A DNA stretch of 56,351 nucleotides from Tubiluchus corallicola (Eukaryota; Animalia; Priapulida), in the NCBI GenBank assembly GCA_030141605.1, contig JAQGDQ010000668.1, positions 59,384 through 115,734 on the forward strand, in the 5' to 3' direction. The notes under the pieces are model-generated. The model was not told where the DNA came from, ran no database searches, and worked only from the letters and a program-made list of their open reading frames with translations. The translations under genes and the position numbers were made by a program. How positions within the stretch are numbered: position 1 is the stretch's first letter; each line of letters opens with the position of its first letter. Of this stretch, positions 1 to 14,559 are shown one piece after another.

Positions 1-300
1 AACAAGAACAAGAACAAGAACAAGAACAAGAACAAGAACAAGAACAAGAACAAGAACAAGAACAAGAACAAGAACAAGAACAAGAACAAGAACAAGAACA
101 AGAACAAGAACAAGAACAAGAACAAGAACAAGAACAAGAACAAGAACAAGAACAACAACAACAACAAGAACAAGAAGAACAACAACAAGAACAACAAGAA
201 CAACAAGAACAAGATCAAGAACCAGAACAACAACAACAAGAACAAGAACAAGAACAACAACAACAACAAGAACAAGAACAACAACAACAACAAGAACAAG

Positions 301-332
<32 letters not shown>

Positions 333-381
333 GAACAACAAGAACAACAACAAGAACAAGAACAAGAACAACAACAACAAG
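1..381. repeat. (AACAAG)n/(AAC)n microsatellite
   Basis: Pure AACAAG run degrading into AAC triplets; starts at the window edge. Confidence 0.97.
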
Positions 382-558
382 ACCACATTTTACAAAAGCT
401 CTTACAGGCACTGAGTTATTAGCTAATGCAGCTTTGTGACAGTCATATATGCGCTATTAAAGTTAAAACTTAAAGAAATCAAGTCACTTGGCTCTTATCT
501 TCAGAATCTTTTGTTTCGTTTCTTTAACCAATAAAAGTGCGTTTATTTTATGACACAG

Positions 559-854
559 GTACAACTTGGGGCTTCTGCAAAGCGGTACCAGTGATAAAAT
601 ATACAAATCCAAGGTGGATGCCTCAATAGCGAACGTATTCGCAACGGCCGCATTTAGATTTGGTCACTCGTTGGTCAGATCTCAATTTGATCGATTCGAC
701 ACGGACTCGTACTCGACGTCTGTGCCAGTAGAGTTATCTGATGTGTTCTTCTCTCCAGCATCCCTGTCCGGAACTGATGCAGGTGAAGGCGTCAGTCCCT
801 TGCTTAGGGGAATTTGCCATATGAAAGCAGAAAAAAGTGATCCATTTCTGGCAG
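559..854 (+). CDS. Animal heme peroxidase (chorion peroxidase/peroxidasin-like), internal exon with the proximal His
   Basis: Acceptor ttttatgacacag|; encodes YNLGLL...VDASIANVFATAAFRFGHSLV...DPFLA. Donor GTAGGT at 855, with a second donor GTAATG at 859. Confidence 0.9.
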
Positions 855-1179
855 GTAGGTAATGCTACACATACTAGGTAAAATATTTTAGCGCATAAAA
901 TACATTTCTATAGTAAGTTTCTAGTTAGCAATGAGTTAGCTATCACCAGACAGCATTAGCTCTGCAAGAATGACCGCGCCACTATAAAATATAAATACAT
1001 TGAAGCATCTTTGGCGCCATCGTTAGGGATAAAAATAAATTTTTTTACTCGGCAAAATTTTAATACACAGATTTATATGCGTCCTCAGAGCGCTTCACAT
1101 AAATCTGTGGGCTGCTGACATTCAATTTTGCAATGTATTAGGGGTGAGCATTCTCTACCAGAAAGCAAATTCATCTATC

Positions 1180-3978
1180 AATCTAGCAACTGCACACATT
1201 CATCTTTCAATGACTTACACCAGTGTAATCTAGCAACTGCACACATTCATCTATCAATGACTTACACCAGTGTAATCTAGCAACTGCACACATTCATCTC
1301 TCAATGACTTACACCAGTGTAATCTAGCAACTGCGCACATTCATCTATCAATGCCTTACACCAGTGTAATCTAGCAACTGCACACATTCATCTATCAATG
1401 CCTTTCGCCAGTGTAATCTAGCAACTGCACACATTCATCTATCAATGAATTTCACCAGTGTAATCTAGCAACTGCACGCATTCATCTATCAATGACTTTC
1501 ACCAGTGTAAACTAGCAACTGCAAACATTCATCTGTCAGTGACTTTCACCAGTGTAATCTAGCAACTTCACACATTCATCTGTCAGTGACGTTCACCAGT
1601 GTAATCTAGCAACTGCACACATTCATCTGTCAGTGACTTTCACCTGTGTAATCTAGCAACTGCACACATTCATCTATCAATGACTTACACCAGTGTAATC
1701 TAGCAACTGCACACATTCATCTATCAATGACTTTCACCTGTGTAATCTAGCAACTGCACACATTCATCTATCAATGAATTTCACCAGTGTAATCTAGCAA
1801 CTTCACACATTCATCTATCAATGCCTTTCACCAGTGTAATCTAGCAACTGCACACATTCATCTATCAATGAATTTCACCAGTGTAATTTAGCAACTTCAC
1901 ACATTCATCTATCAATGCCTTTCACCAGTGTAATCTAGCAACTGCACACATTCATCTGTAAATGACTTTCACCAGTGTAATCAAGCAACTGCACACATTC
2001 ATCTGTCAGTGACTTTCACCAGTGTAATCTAGCAACTGCACACATTCATTTATCAATGCCTTTCACCAGTGTAATCTAGCAACTGCACACATTCATTTAT
2101 CAATGACTTTCACCAGTGTAATCAAGCAACTGCACACATTCATCTGTCAGTGACTTTCACCAGTGTAATCTAGCAACTGCACACATTCATCTATCAATGA
2201 CTTTCACCTGTGTAATCTAACAACTGCACACATTCATCTATCAATGACTTACACCAGTGTAATCTAGCAACTGCACACATTCATCTATCAATGACTTTCA
2301 CCTGTGTAATCTAGCAACTGCACACATTCATCTATCAATGAATTTCACCAGTGTAATCTAGCAACTTCACACATTCATCTATCAATGCCTTTCACCAGTG
2401 TAATCTAGCAACTGCACACATTCATCTATCAATGAATTTCACCAGTGTAATTTAGCAACTTCACACATTCATCTATCAATGCCTTTCACCAGTGTAATCT
2501 AGCAACTGCACACATTCATCTGTCAGTGACTTTCACCAGTGTAATCTAGCAACTTCACACATTCATCTGTCAGTGACGTTCACCAGTGTAATCTAGCAAC
2601 TGCACACATTCATCTGTCAGTGACTTTCACCTGTGTAATCTAGCAACTGCACACATTCATCTATCAATGACTTACACCAGTGTAATCTAGCAACTGCACA
2701 CATTCATCTATCAATGACTTTCACCTGTGTAATCTAGCAACTGCACACATTCATCTATCAATGAATTTCACCAGTGTAATCTAGCAACTTCACACATTCA
2801 TCTTTCAATGACTTACACCAGTGTAATCTAGCAACTGCACACATTCATCTATCAATGACTTACACCAGTGTAATCTAGCAACTGCACACATTCATCTATC
2901 AATGACTTACACCAGTGTAATCTAGCAACTGCGCACATTCATCTATCAATGCCTTACACCAGTGTAATCTAGCAACTGCACACATTCATCTATCAATGCC
3001 TTTCGCCAGTGTAATCTAGCAACTGCACACATTCATCTATCAATGAATTTCACCAGTGTAATCTAGCAACTGCACGCATTCATCTATCAATGACTTTCAC
3101 CAGTGTAAACTAGCAACTGCAAACATTCATCTGTCAGTGACTTTCACCAGTGTAATCTAGCAACTTCACACATTCATCTGTCAGTGACGTTCACCAGTGT
3201 AATCTAGCAACTGCACACATTCATCTGTCAGTGACTTTCACCTGTGTAATCTAGCAACTGCACACATTCATCTATCAATGACTTACACCAGTGTAATCTA
3301 GCAACTGCACACATTCATCTATCAATGACTTTCACCTGTGTAATCTAGCAACTGCACACATTCATCTATCAATGAATTTCACCAGTGTAATCTAGCAACT
3401 TCACACATTCATCTATCAATGCCTTTCACCAGTGTAATCTAGCAACTGCACACATTCATCTATCAATGAATTTCACCAGTGTAATTTAGCAACTTCACAC
3501 ATTCATCTATCAATGCCTTTCACCAGTGTAATCTAGCAACTGCACACATTCATCTGTAAATGACTTTCACCAGTGTAATCAAGCAACTGCACACATTCAT
3601 CTGTCAGTGACTTTCACCAGTGTAATCTAGCAACTGCACACATTCATCTATCAATGACTTACACCAGTGTAATCTAGCAACTGCACACATTCATTTATCA
3701 ATGACTTTCACCAGTGTAATCAAGCAACTGCACACATTCATCTGTCAGTGACTTTCACCAGTGTAATCTAGCAACTGCACACATTCATCTATCAATGACT
3801 TTCACCTGTGTAATCTAGCAACTGCACACATTCATCTATCAATGACTTTCACCTGTGTAATCTAGCAACTGCACACATTCATCTATCAATGACTTACACC
3901 AGTGTGATCTAGCAACTGCACATATTCATCTATCAATGACTTTCACCAGTGTAATCTAGCAACTGCACACATTCATCT
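1180..3978. repeat. 47-bp tandem satellite, about 59 copies, in a peroxidase intron
   Basis: Unit AATCTAGCAACTGCACACATTCATCTATCAATGACTTTCACCAGTGT; units start at 1180, 1227, and so on. Confidence 0.97.
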
Positions 3979-4138
3979 CAGAGTCGCTGTCGGAATTAGA
4001 ATAGGGAATGTCAATCAAGAACTTATTTAACCCTTTCAGTCCCAAATAATTTTCTAATAAGAAAAAAATTGGCTTGGTACTTTTGTTCAGTATGTCCATC
4101 TTGTTTACACATAATAATTTTTTTCTACCTATGCCCGC

Positions 4139-4765
4139 GTGTTAAATATAGCCTGTTTTTCATATCTGGGCAGTGTGATGACCTGTAATGGAGGTACAGA
4201 AAATGACATCAGGGGGAGAATCGGCAAAGCAACAGCAGTATTTAGGAAGATGGGAAAAATCTGGACAAGCAAGAAAATTGACATGAAAATCAAACTTCGT
4301 CTGTACAACGCCATTGTGCTGCCAACGGCTCTCTATGCCAGCGAAACCTGGAAAGTCACAGCGGAGTTATCAAAGAAACTGAACGTCTTCCACCAAAAAT
4401 GCCTTCGAAAGATACTAAAAATCTCCTACCGCGACCATGTCACCAATGTAGAAGTTCTTCAACGAGCGCAGTCATTGCGGTTACAAGATATAGTTACAGA
4501 GAGAAGAATGAAACTGGCTGGACATATTCTCCGTCTATCAGAAAGTCGTTACGCCAAAACAGCAGTACAGTGGGAACCACCTGGTGGGAAACGAAAAAGA
4601 GGTCGGCCAAAAACAACGTGGCGCAGATCCTTCAAAGAAGACCTTCGAGCTGTCAACATACGTTGGGAAAACGTAGAGAACGAAGCCGCCGATAGAACTC
4701 AGTGGAAAATGCTGTCTGCCCAATGTGCATCAATGCGCAGGAAGGACTAAGGTCTAAGGTAAGGT
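4139..4765 (+). mobile_element. 5'-truncated RTE-clade LINE (C-terminus of the RT ORF) with a short-repeat tail
   Basis: FSYLGS...RIGKA...KLRLYNAIVLPTALYASETW...LAGHILR...KRKRGRPKTTW...DRTQW is the typical RTE post-RT region. Tail TAAGGTCTAAGGTAAGGT. No clear TSD seen. Confidence 0.9.
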
Positions 4766-5007
4766 CCCACGGGATACATTGGGATTCAATGGAAGCATAA
4801 AATGTGCTTCATTTTGCATCTGCTGATAATTTTTTAAAGTATTTAAGACGTTTAGTAGCGCATTGCCGTCATCTTGATTTCAAAATGGCGGGCGGAAAAA
4901 CCGACTACTGCACCAATCTATGCGGAATTCATTCTAGTATACGCGTGTGAAGTTTCATGACGATCCATTGCATATTCATGGAGCCATGTTTCCTTATCTC
5001 GCGTACG

Positions 5008-5522
5008 CAGTCATATCTCCGTTGTCGAACGTTTCCGTGTTCGTACAAATCGGTTTTCGACCAGAAAATTCGAGCTGAAATTGTCTCCGCTCTCGACCAG
5101 AATTTCGGTACTCGGCCAACCTCCAAACACGTGATGAATACATGTGCGGCGAGCCGAGTAGAGCCGAGCGTAACCGACTGCGCCCGTGAGTAGTCACGCA
5201 CAAGATTTGAAACGCCTAACATCGCTAAGTGCTTTCTACGCTTATTTTTCTCCGCTTTTTCATGCAGGAACAATTTATGTTTTTCTTTCTAAGTAATTCT
5301 ATTATGTTTTTCTTATCAATTATATCATATGTACTGTTTGAATAAACATTTTTGCATTATTATATTTTGTTTTAGTAACACTTTACAGATCATTTGGTGC
5401 TTGAGAACTGATTATTTGCTTTTACATTATTTCTTATGGGAATAAATGATTCGGTACTCAACCAAATCGGTTTTCAAACACTTTTTAGGAACGAATTATG
5501 GTCAAAAACAGAGGTACTACTG
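5008..5522. mobile_element. Degenerate Tigger/pogo-like non-autonomous DNA transposon
   Basis: Left end CAGTCATATCTCCGTTGTCGAAC versus right-end reverse complement CAGTAGTACCTCTGTTTTTGACC (16/23 match); TA on the right flank. Confidence 0.5.
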
Positions 5523-6054
5523 TATTCACAATCTAACAATACTCTTAATAAACCAATAATACTGTAATTTTTGAAACAGTTATCGCATAATACATTAATT
5601 CTACTGGTGTATGTATATGCTCATATGTCAAATATTTATTTATTTTATTTTATTCATACCCAATAGTAAGATACAGTCTACAATAAAAACAATATAATAT
5701 AAAACACTTTGGCAAAAAACATACAACTACAATATTTACAAGAGTGTGGTAAAGACACAAAGTGATTAACTGCTTACATGTATCTATTGTGAACAAGGAA
5801 TTAATGCAAGTTAACTTTATATAAGCGGTTTTTAATATTTCGTGCAGTTACGAGGGTTGCACCATTACTATTACAAGGACAAGATGGTCATATATTTACG
5901 CATGCTTTTAGTTCTGTTAATTTTTCTGCGTTCAAAAATTTCACCAAAATGCAAGAAATTAGCTTATTAATGTATATATGAGATCGGCTGCAGCCATCTT
6001 GCTTTTCCTCAATGATTGGATAAATTCATTTATAAATAAAACGTGTCTCTACGG

Positions 6055-6420
6055 GCCTATCAAGACTTTACGACGCCTTAAGCTGATGGTGCTGTCCTAC
6101 CCATCTCTATTATGAATTTATGGTACTTATGTAATGAGAATAAACAATTACTTGTGGTGTATTAGAGACACTAGTAGCCTAGTTTCTACGTGGACATTAT
6201 TAATTACATATATTTGCACAGCGCTTATATTCAAGCAGGTTGGGCATCTGCTTGAATAAGCACGTCTAAGTACCTTGCAATTATTCGTTACGTGGTACTT
6301 ATATAAGAGCTGCGCTTATGAACTGCCTGTGGTGTGTTATAAAATGCACCCTTTACATGAATAGTAAACACATTTTCGTTCCTCAAACTTTGGCGCCCGA
6401 GGCTATAGCGCCCTGCTTGC
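6055..6420 (+). mobile_element. Diverged copy of the hAT-like MITE at 24359-24755
   Basis: Shared blocks TATCAAGACTTTA, AAACAATTACTTGTGGTGTATTAGA, AACTGCCTGTGGTGTGTTATAAAATG and ACTTTGGCGC..GGCTATAG. Confidence 0.7.
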
Positions 6421-6506
6421 CTCTCCTAAATAAAATTGAATTTATATCAGAAATGGAGTAAATTAAAGACATACGTATTGTAAATGTTTCAGTGTTTATG
6501 TTTTAG

Positions 6507-6676
6507 AGATGTTTGTGACGTGGATGTGTTTGCTGGAGGGTTGTCAGAAGCTCCGGTTCGAAAGGGACTGGTTGGTCCGACGTTCGCCTGCTTGATCGGA
6601 AAGCAGTTTCGACGCTTGAAAGTGGGTGATCGGTTCTGGTTTGAAAATTCTGGATGGACTAACAGTTTCAGTGCCG
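6507..6676 (+). CDS. Heme peroxidase exon
   Basis: ttttag| ... |gtatgt; encodes DVCDVDVFAGGLSEAPVRKGLVGPTFACLIGKQFRRLKVGDRFWFEN; phases 2 to 1. Confidence 0.92.
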
Positions 6677-7110
6677 GTATGTTCTTCATTTTGAAACTTC
6701 AATCACTAATCCAGCAGAGCATATTTCTCTCTTATATACCTGCCCTTAATTATTACGTGCCCAGGTCCTTATTTCTGTGTAGCGATATTTTTGCCTTTTA
6801 ATTGCGTTTTTTTAATTATATTTTTAATTAAAGGGAGAAAGAAAAGCTCAAAAGGTAAATAAATGTATTTTTCGATTTTACAGTACCTTGATCGCTAATT
6901 AAACAAAGCCAAAAATCTGTATTTTTGTGATTAAAAAATATTTCCGTGTTAAAATGGAAACAACATAAAGACATGTATATCGTTTTAAGGTAAGTTGTAA
7001 TAAGAAAAAAATTACAGAGAAAAAAATTGTATATAATCAATTGGCACGTACATTATATATTATGCATAACAATAATGCAGCATTAACAACGTTTATTCTT
7101 GTTTTTTCAG

Positions 7111-7213
7111 CACAAGCTGACGAAATACGAAAGACCACGTTAGCCAAAGTCATTTGTGAAAACACGCAGATTTCACTAATACAGAGAAAAGTCATGGAAC
7201 AGACTAGCAACAG
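7111..7213 (+). CDS. Heme peroxidase exon
   Basis: ttttttcag| ... |gtaagc; encodes AQADEIRKTTLAKVICENTQISLIQRKVMEQTSN; phases 1 to 2. Confidence 0.9.
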
Positions 7214-8016
7214 GTAAGCTCAAGTTTATCTCAACAATGATAGCTTTATTTACTACAGTAATATGCACTTATACTTGTACTTGGACAAAGTTGTTCATCA
7301 CAAGTAAGACAAAAAGAGGAGTTTATTACGACAGGAAAATTCTGTTGAATTCTAAAAAACAAATCAAGCAACGTGAGTCGGTTCACGGAGTTCGTCTGCT
7401 GCTATCAACAGACTTGAGAAATTGGCAAATCTTTTACCCGTTTATCTTGAAATAGAACAAGGCAACATCATTCTCTGAACCTTTTCGTACGGCGAGCTGC
7501 TAAAGTATCATTTGGTCAATTTTCTCAAAGCGAGTCGTACCGATTTGGGACTCACTACCTGCATATGTTGACGGTGCACCTCTCATAACTGCACAAAATA
7601 TTAAGTTATTCAAAAGCCGCTTATATAAAGTTAACATGCACAAATTCCTTGTGCACAATAGACACATGTAAGCAGTTAATCTCTTTGTGTCTTTACCAAA
7701 CTCTTGTAAATATTTTATTTGTATGTTTTTTGCTAACGTGTTTGGCACAGACTGTTTTTATTATAACATTTTATTATAATTTTATATACAGACTGTATTT
7801 TACTATTGGGTGTGAATAAAAAAAAATAAATAAAAATGAAGTAGATGAATTGGGATGTTCTATTCTGAGCAAAATCTGAATAATTACCAGAAAAATCATT
7901 ATCATAAATGCACACACAATTTTGGCATGTGCTTATTTATGCAAATCCAGTAGCCATTCTTTTTTAAAAAAGCAAAGATTATAATGAAATGCGAAAATTC
8001 CCGTTTTGTGTTTCAG

Positions 8017-8074
8017 AAATCTAAAAGTGAGTTGCTCGTCGATTGAAGATCTTGATTGGTCTGTATTCACATAG
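8017..8074 (+). CDS. Heme peroxidase terminal coding exon
   Basis: tttcag|; encodes RNLKVSCSSIEDLDWSVFT then TAG, matching the N..C..I..LD C-terminus of this family; phase matches the previous exon. Confidence 0.85.
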
Positions 8075-8225
8075 GCATATAATTCATACAGACGAAGCAG
8101 CGGCTGATACAAGTTCAGACAGAAAGGGCTGTCAACCAAGAATGACAACCGAATCTACATTATTTTACTTATCGAACACAGACTCTATCTATCGGCACAC
8201 ATCCATTCACAGTAGACATGCAATA

Positions 8226-8575
8226 AGTTCCAGCGATTGATGATGATCGTGAAAAGGTCAAAGGTTAAATGTACCAGACAACTGATTTGTGTACACTTGA
8301 CAATGCCTCACAGCTCATGCTACTGTAATAGTAACAGTTTTACCAGCAAGCTAGAACCTTACCTAGTTTATATTTTCTTGTTCCCAAGCAAGATCCTGCT
8401 AGTAAATCACTCTACCCACAGACTAATGCATAATTAAGTAAAGCCCACGTAAAACAACTGAAGTTACTGAACTGATCCGCAGACGGATTTGCTTTGTACG
8501 TCACGTGACGGTTGTAGTTAAGACGCGTTGCTGTAGTACACTTAACCTTTGACCTACAGCAACTGTAAAAAGGCT
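8226..8575 (-). mobile_element. MITE copy (family of 49780-50160), inverted and missing one end
   Basis: Reverse complement aligns by eye with 49820-50150 and 36318-36630; right end AACTGTAAAAAGGCT|TA. Confidence 0.8.
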
Positions 8576-9023
8576 TATTAAAAAGTGCCAAGCTAAAAAG
8601 AATGCAATGTTCAAGCAATTTTGTCAAAGGCAAAAACTATGGCATTTGGAGCTCAGGTAATCAATGTTATGGTCTCAGGTTCAGAAAATAAATTTGTACT
8701 GTACAGTTAACACAGTGTAATTCATCTCCATTAACTTTTATTAAATAGATTTGTAAATACGCAAAACAGTAAATTTTTGATGTTATCACAAAGACATTAG
8801 GCATAGAGTTGTTTAATGTAAAATGTTGTAACAGAAATGATAGTTATCATGCCTGAAACGTGAAAACGTAAATGAACTAAATCTTTAACTAACTAACTAA
8901 ATAAGAACATATAAAATACATGGAACAAACCATATCAACTGAGTATTTTTGTATTTTTTCCCATTTGTGTTAGATGCCGTCATTTCTTGCAATGTGGTCT
9001 TAGACAAACTGATGAATGCAGAC

Positions 9024-9790
9024 AAGGGCGCAGCCAGGTTTAAAGTTAGGGGGAGCAAGCACACAGGGAAGACGCCATGACACATACCAAACAATTTTAA
9101 ACGTTTTGATTATACAATTTTGTGTTTAAAAGCAAAATATGACAAAGGTACAATTTTAAAGGAAGTATATAGTTGCTATTTTGTATTTAAAATTAAAACA
9201 CAATAAAAAGTTTTACAGTAAGCTCTTAAATCTCACAACACAATAAAAAGGTGTGTTATTATTTAGAACGTAAAATGAAAACAAAATAAAGTGATGTGAA
9301 AAATGTATCATGAAAGAACTACAACAGTCTCTTTCATCTAGGCTTCATTGTAGCAAAGTAATTTATAATTCAACCTCATTAGCAAACTCTCTTTCAATAG
9401 AGGGCAAAGCTAACCCAGACAATCTATCCTCGCCCATTGAAGAATGAAGGTAGGACTTTATCTGCTTCAGTGGACAAGAGGATCATTCAACAACTGTGCT
9501 AATTATTAGTAAGATCAGAAAAATGTGAAACAATGTGGTCAGGTTAGGATAGATGGAAACACATCACTAGCAATCATGAATTTAGGTACATTGTTGATGA
9601 TCAGTTTACATTGTCTACATTGTATCTGTCTGCATTGTTAAATCATCTTCTAATTTCAGTTCAGTCATTATCATATCTTCATATATTTTTTTTCACTGCT
9701 GCTAAATGAAAATTTGCTATTGTGAATGTTTCAACCTTTGTATAATGTTGTTATTTTCTGAAAAAGATTGTAAATATTAACGTTCTGGTC
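9024..9790 (-). mobile_element. Decayed hAT transposase, C-terminal dimerisation domain
   Basis: Minus strand about 9560-9325 reads IYPNLTTLFHIFLILLIISTVVE*SSCPLKQIKSYLHSSMGEDRLSGLALPSIERE...FATMKPR*, with stops at expected Arg (CGA>TGA) positions. Outer boundaries are approximate. Confidence 0.8.
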
Positions 9791-9795
9791 AACAA

Positions 9796-10677
<882 letters not shown>

Positions 10678-11696
10678 GATTTTGTCACCAACATTTATGA
10701 GCCCACTTACTGGAAAAATACAGTAAGAATGCATAGGTTTTAGCTTAGATGAACTATATCTACTGTGTATGAAGACTCCCATGTTGTAGCTCAACTATTA
10801 AACTGTAACAAGTATTGAATTGACTTCAATAATCTACTTTGCTTTAGATAAAAATATTTAAAACCCGTGCAGCAAAGTAGCTACTTAGATGTAGAGTTAC
10901 AATTGTAAACTCTCTAACCTAGGCGATTTGTAAAACACCAACCTTTGACATGCCACACCTTGTACCATCTAGAGCTGGCGTTTTCTTGGTCTTGCATAAC
11001 AATGGCTTCTTTCTCGCACTGCACTACAGTCGACTGCACAAGTCAACTTTATACTCAAACTAAATAACACATGTTAAACAATATATAGTGTTTAATGCAA
11101 AGTAGTGTAAAAGTTAACGTTGTTGGGACTGAGACTGGTGCCTGTGCTTCGAGCATTCTGCTTTAAAGTCTGTTTTACCACTTTCTATGGATTAGTTTCA
11201 TCACAAACTGGTTACTATTGTTTGCATTTGGCTTAATCTGCTTTGTTGTTGTTGTTGTTGTTGTTGTAGTTGTTATTGTTGTTTTTGTTAATGGGTTCGC
11301 TTTGTGTTTATTTGTTTATTAGTAGTTTGTGGCTGTTTTGGTAACTTGGGTAATTATAAAAACAAGATTTGTTTATCGTCGTTAATTTAGCAGATGTTAT
11401 TAGCACTATTCGGCTACTTACACGTACAGCAATACAGATAAAGGACACAACGCACAAATCACGAATAATATATAAGATTTGGACCTGGTGTTCGCAGCAG
11501 TTGGTTTCGAACCCAAGACTGCTGAGCCAATGTGTCCGCAACCTGCAGTTTAGACAACTCGACCAAAGACAAAGTCTTAATTATGTCTGAATGTCTGACA
11601 TCGTTCAATAGTCCTTTCCAATTCATTGTTAGAAATCCCGAAAACAGACGGATGAGAAAGTCCCAAGATAGGTCGAAGTTAGAATCGTTACTTAAG

Positions 11697-12301
11697 CAGT
11701 GGCGTCGTGCTATAGGGGCCCGGGGGGGGGGCTGCCCCCCCCCCAATTGTTTATAAAATGTCAAAAATTTTAAGGTTTTCAACGGCTTGTAATGAGACCA
11801 ATAAGGTGTAAAATTTTGAGGAAAGGTGAAATCTCCCACTGTAGGCCTGATATGCGATTATATATACACATAGGTATGATTATTGATTGAATCTAATGTC
11901 TAATTGTTGCATTGATTATCCTCTGCTCTCGTGGATATGCCGCTAGGTAATTGGGCATTGGCCCCTTGCACTGGACCAATGATATTGCGTCCCCCTTTCC
12001 TATATAAACACTTGCGGTGTTGGCTGGATTAGAAAGCCGATTCTCTCTGATTAAATTGTGGTGTGACTCCTTACACTTAGAAAAAATTTAGTCATTATCA
12101 ACAGTCAAATAATTTTTAATTTTAATTAAATTTCTGCAGCTATAGCTTTAAGTTAAATGCCAGTTGGGAGTAAATAAATCGTTTTTCTTGCACGCAAAAT
12201 ACTGGTGTGGCAATTCAAAATTATACGTTTTTTAAACAGTTAAGTTCGGCCATTATATACAGTCGGGCCCCCATAATTTGTTTTGGTGCACGACACCCCT
12301 G
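11697..12301. mobile_element. hAT-type MITE
   Basis: TIR CAGTGGCGTCGTGC / GCACGACACCCCTG (12/14); 8-bp TSD TACTTAAG / TACGTAAG. Confidence 0.8.
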
Positions 12302-14559
12302 TACGTAAGTCTTTCTACTAAACCTGGTTTCAACCACTAAAAGATGAGTTTGCAATAGGTTTTCATAAGTGGCAAGTAAAATTTAACGTACCGCATGACA
12401 TACTGTAAACGCAGCACCGAATTCGAATCCACATTGATCATCCATGGTGTATTTTGTTCCCGCGAATTCTGGAATCCGTGGCCATTTTTGTTGAAACGGG
12501 CTGTCGTTCGAACAACTAAAAGTTCTGCAGATAGAATAACGGTCATAGCATTATAAATAAGATTAGAAGTACGAAATTACACATACAGTTACTTTCGTTT
12601 TTTTCGCTTTTAAAACGTCGTAGAGTTTATTGTTATGGCGAAATTCCTTTCTACAATATTGTTAAAAGTGAAAGCAAAATAATCTTGACATAATGGCCAC
12701 TGAATAAAAGTAATATTTTTATTGTGTATTGCTTATTAGAAAAATCAATTGAAATATAAAAAAATGAAACTAGTATTATACAAATTTTGTAGATTTATTA
12801 CTTGCACAACCCATCACTTACTGCAAAAATTCATTGAGCTCTTCGTTACCGCATTTTGACCAGTAGAAATCTCTAAACGTGGCCTGGACTAGAAGTGACA
12901 TGATGCTATTTCCTGTGTCTTCACAATCGTTGTTTATGCCATCGTGTTCCATGCCTAAACTAAACCGACTTCTCAATTAGATTTTTCAGTTAAAAATCTT
13001 GGTTTTCATCAGTAACAGTAGTGTCACTAAGGTGATCGGGAAACGCTCGGGGGGTTGCCATCCCAGTTCAAATGAACTGTACATTTTCAGGGCAAATAAT
13101 TCTGTTTTAAAATTTCTAAACTCAAGATTTTAATATTCAAAAACTGCTTACATACAGCATTACAGCTTTTTACTGGCCGCAGTTAAAGTGTTTTTTGTAC
13201 GACGAATAGTTTTTAGGTTTTGAAAATTTTAGGGTTAATAATAGTGCCTGCTGTCAATTTTAGTTCACTAAACCTTATAAGTCCTTTATGCACTTTTTAA
13301 ATACATGCCCATCAAGATTATGAACATGTTTGCAAAAGGAAAACGAAGACAGTCACCAGTATTTCTTTTGCATTTCAAAATGTGAGAAATAGTACTACAT
13401 CTGCACATCTGAATGCATTTGGTTTTTGCTCAGTAAAAACGCATTGCTTGTGTATTTTTAAACTCATGTTTTTAGTGAATGTTATTCTGGATTTATATTC
13501 TGAATTATTTATTTATTATTCTGAATGTTATTCTTATTCTGAATAATTTGGACTTCTTGCATTTAAATATACTTTTGCTATTGCAGTTACTATGGAATGA
13601 TAGAAAATGAATGTCCTCACTGTGCAGAAGAAACCAAAAAGAATGGATAAAAACTATTATAAAGAGGAACTAAGTTTGAGTGAAGAACAATTATCTTAAT
13701 AAAATTTTGTCGTATTTATGACGTGTTGTAAGGAATGAGTGCGGTCTCAACGGAAACAATAAAATGTTCCACAGGAAAATCCGTGTCTGCGTGGGCACAG
13801 TGGAAATGCGGCCTTGTACCAGTAAAGAATAACGTTAATGAATTTTAATTGCTGTTCGCCAGGAAATTCTCTTGTCTCATTCTATACAAGCTTCAATGTT
13901 CCTCAATTTATTTTCTAACATTTTGAGATCTCGCACCCTCTTTTTAAAAATTTGATTGCATCCTGATCCCATTTTAGCCACTTTCTCCTAGGCAATATAA
14001 CAATAATAATCTAATAACCTGATATTTTAACAAAACTGCAACATTTTTGTACAAATGTTAGAACAAAAACCTAAGAAACTCAATTGGCTTTCAGTTTCCT
14101 TATTTTCCTGCTGTTCATCGTTTTTCCCTTGTCATCCCTAATCAGTTGCAAAGGGAGAAAGCAATTTATTGTCGTTATATTATAGCACATAAAACTATAA
14201 TGAAATTTAACATACAAAATGTAACTCAGTGAAGTTTATGTTTTTCTCAATTTCCTCCGATTCTTATTTTTCTGTAATCGACGTTACTATCTTTAAAACT
14301 CCTGTAATTTGGTACTCACCTTGTAATCTACTGCTGCCCTCTTTTGCTTGAGCTTTTTACTTGTTATGAGTATAATCTTCTGCCTTGTATTTCACACACC
14401 CGACCAACATCCACACATTCAGGTCTCAAGTTGTGGGGTCAGAAAGTCAGGTTACCTTTGCAACCATGCTGTTGTTTTTCACATCCAAGTTTAATATGTT
14501 ATTAATAACATTTTTTCGATTTATTGACTCATTTATTGCTTAAATAAATTAGTGAATTG

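Noticed and set aside
1180-3978. CRISPR-like array (also the 35-, 38-, 32- and 20-bp arrays)
   Set aside because: Head-to-tail units without unique spacers, no cas genes, and a eukaryotic intron context.
4027-4045. piggyBac-like terminus TTAA|CCCTTT paired with AAAGGG|TTAA near 47100
   Set aside because: The match is only a few bases and the ends are 43 kb apart; no element can be delimited.
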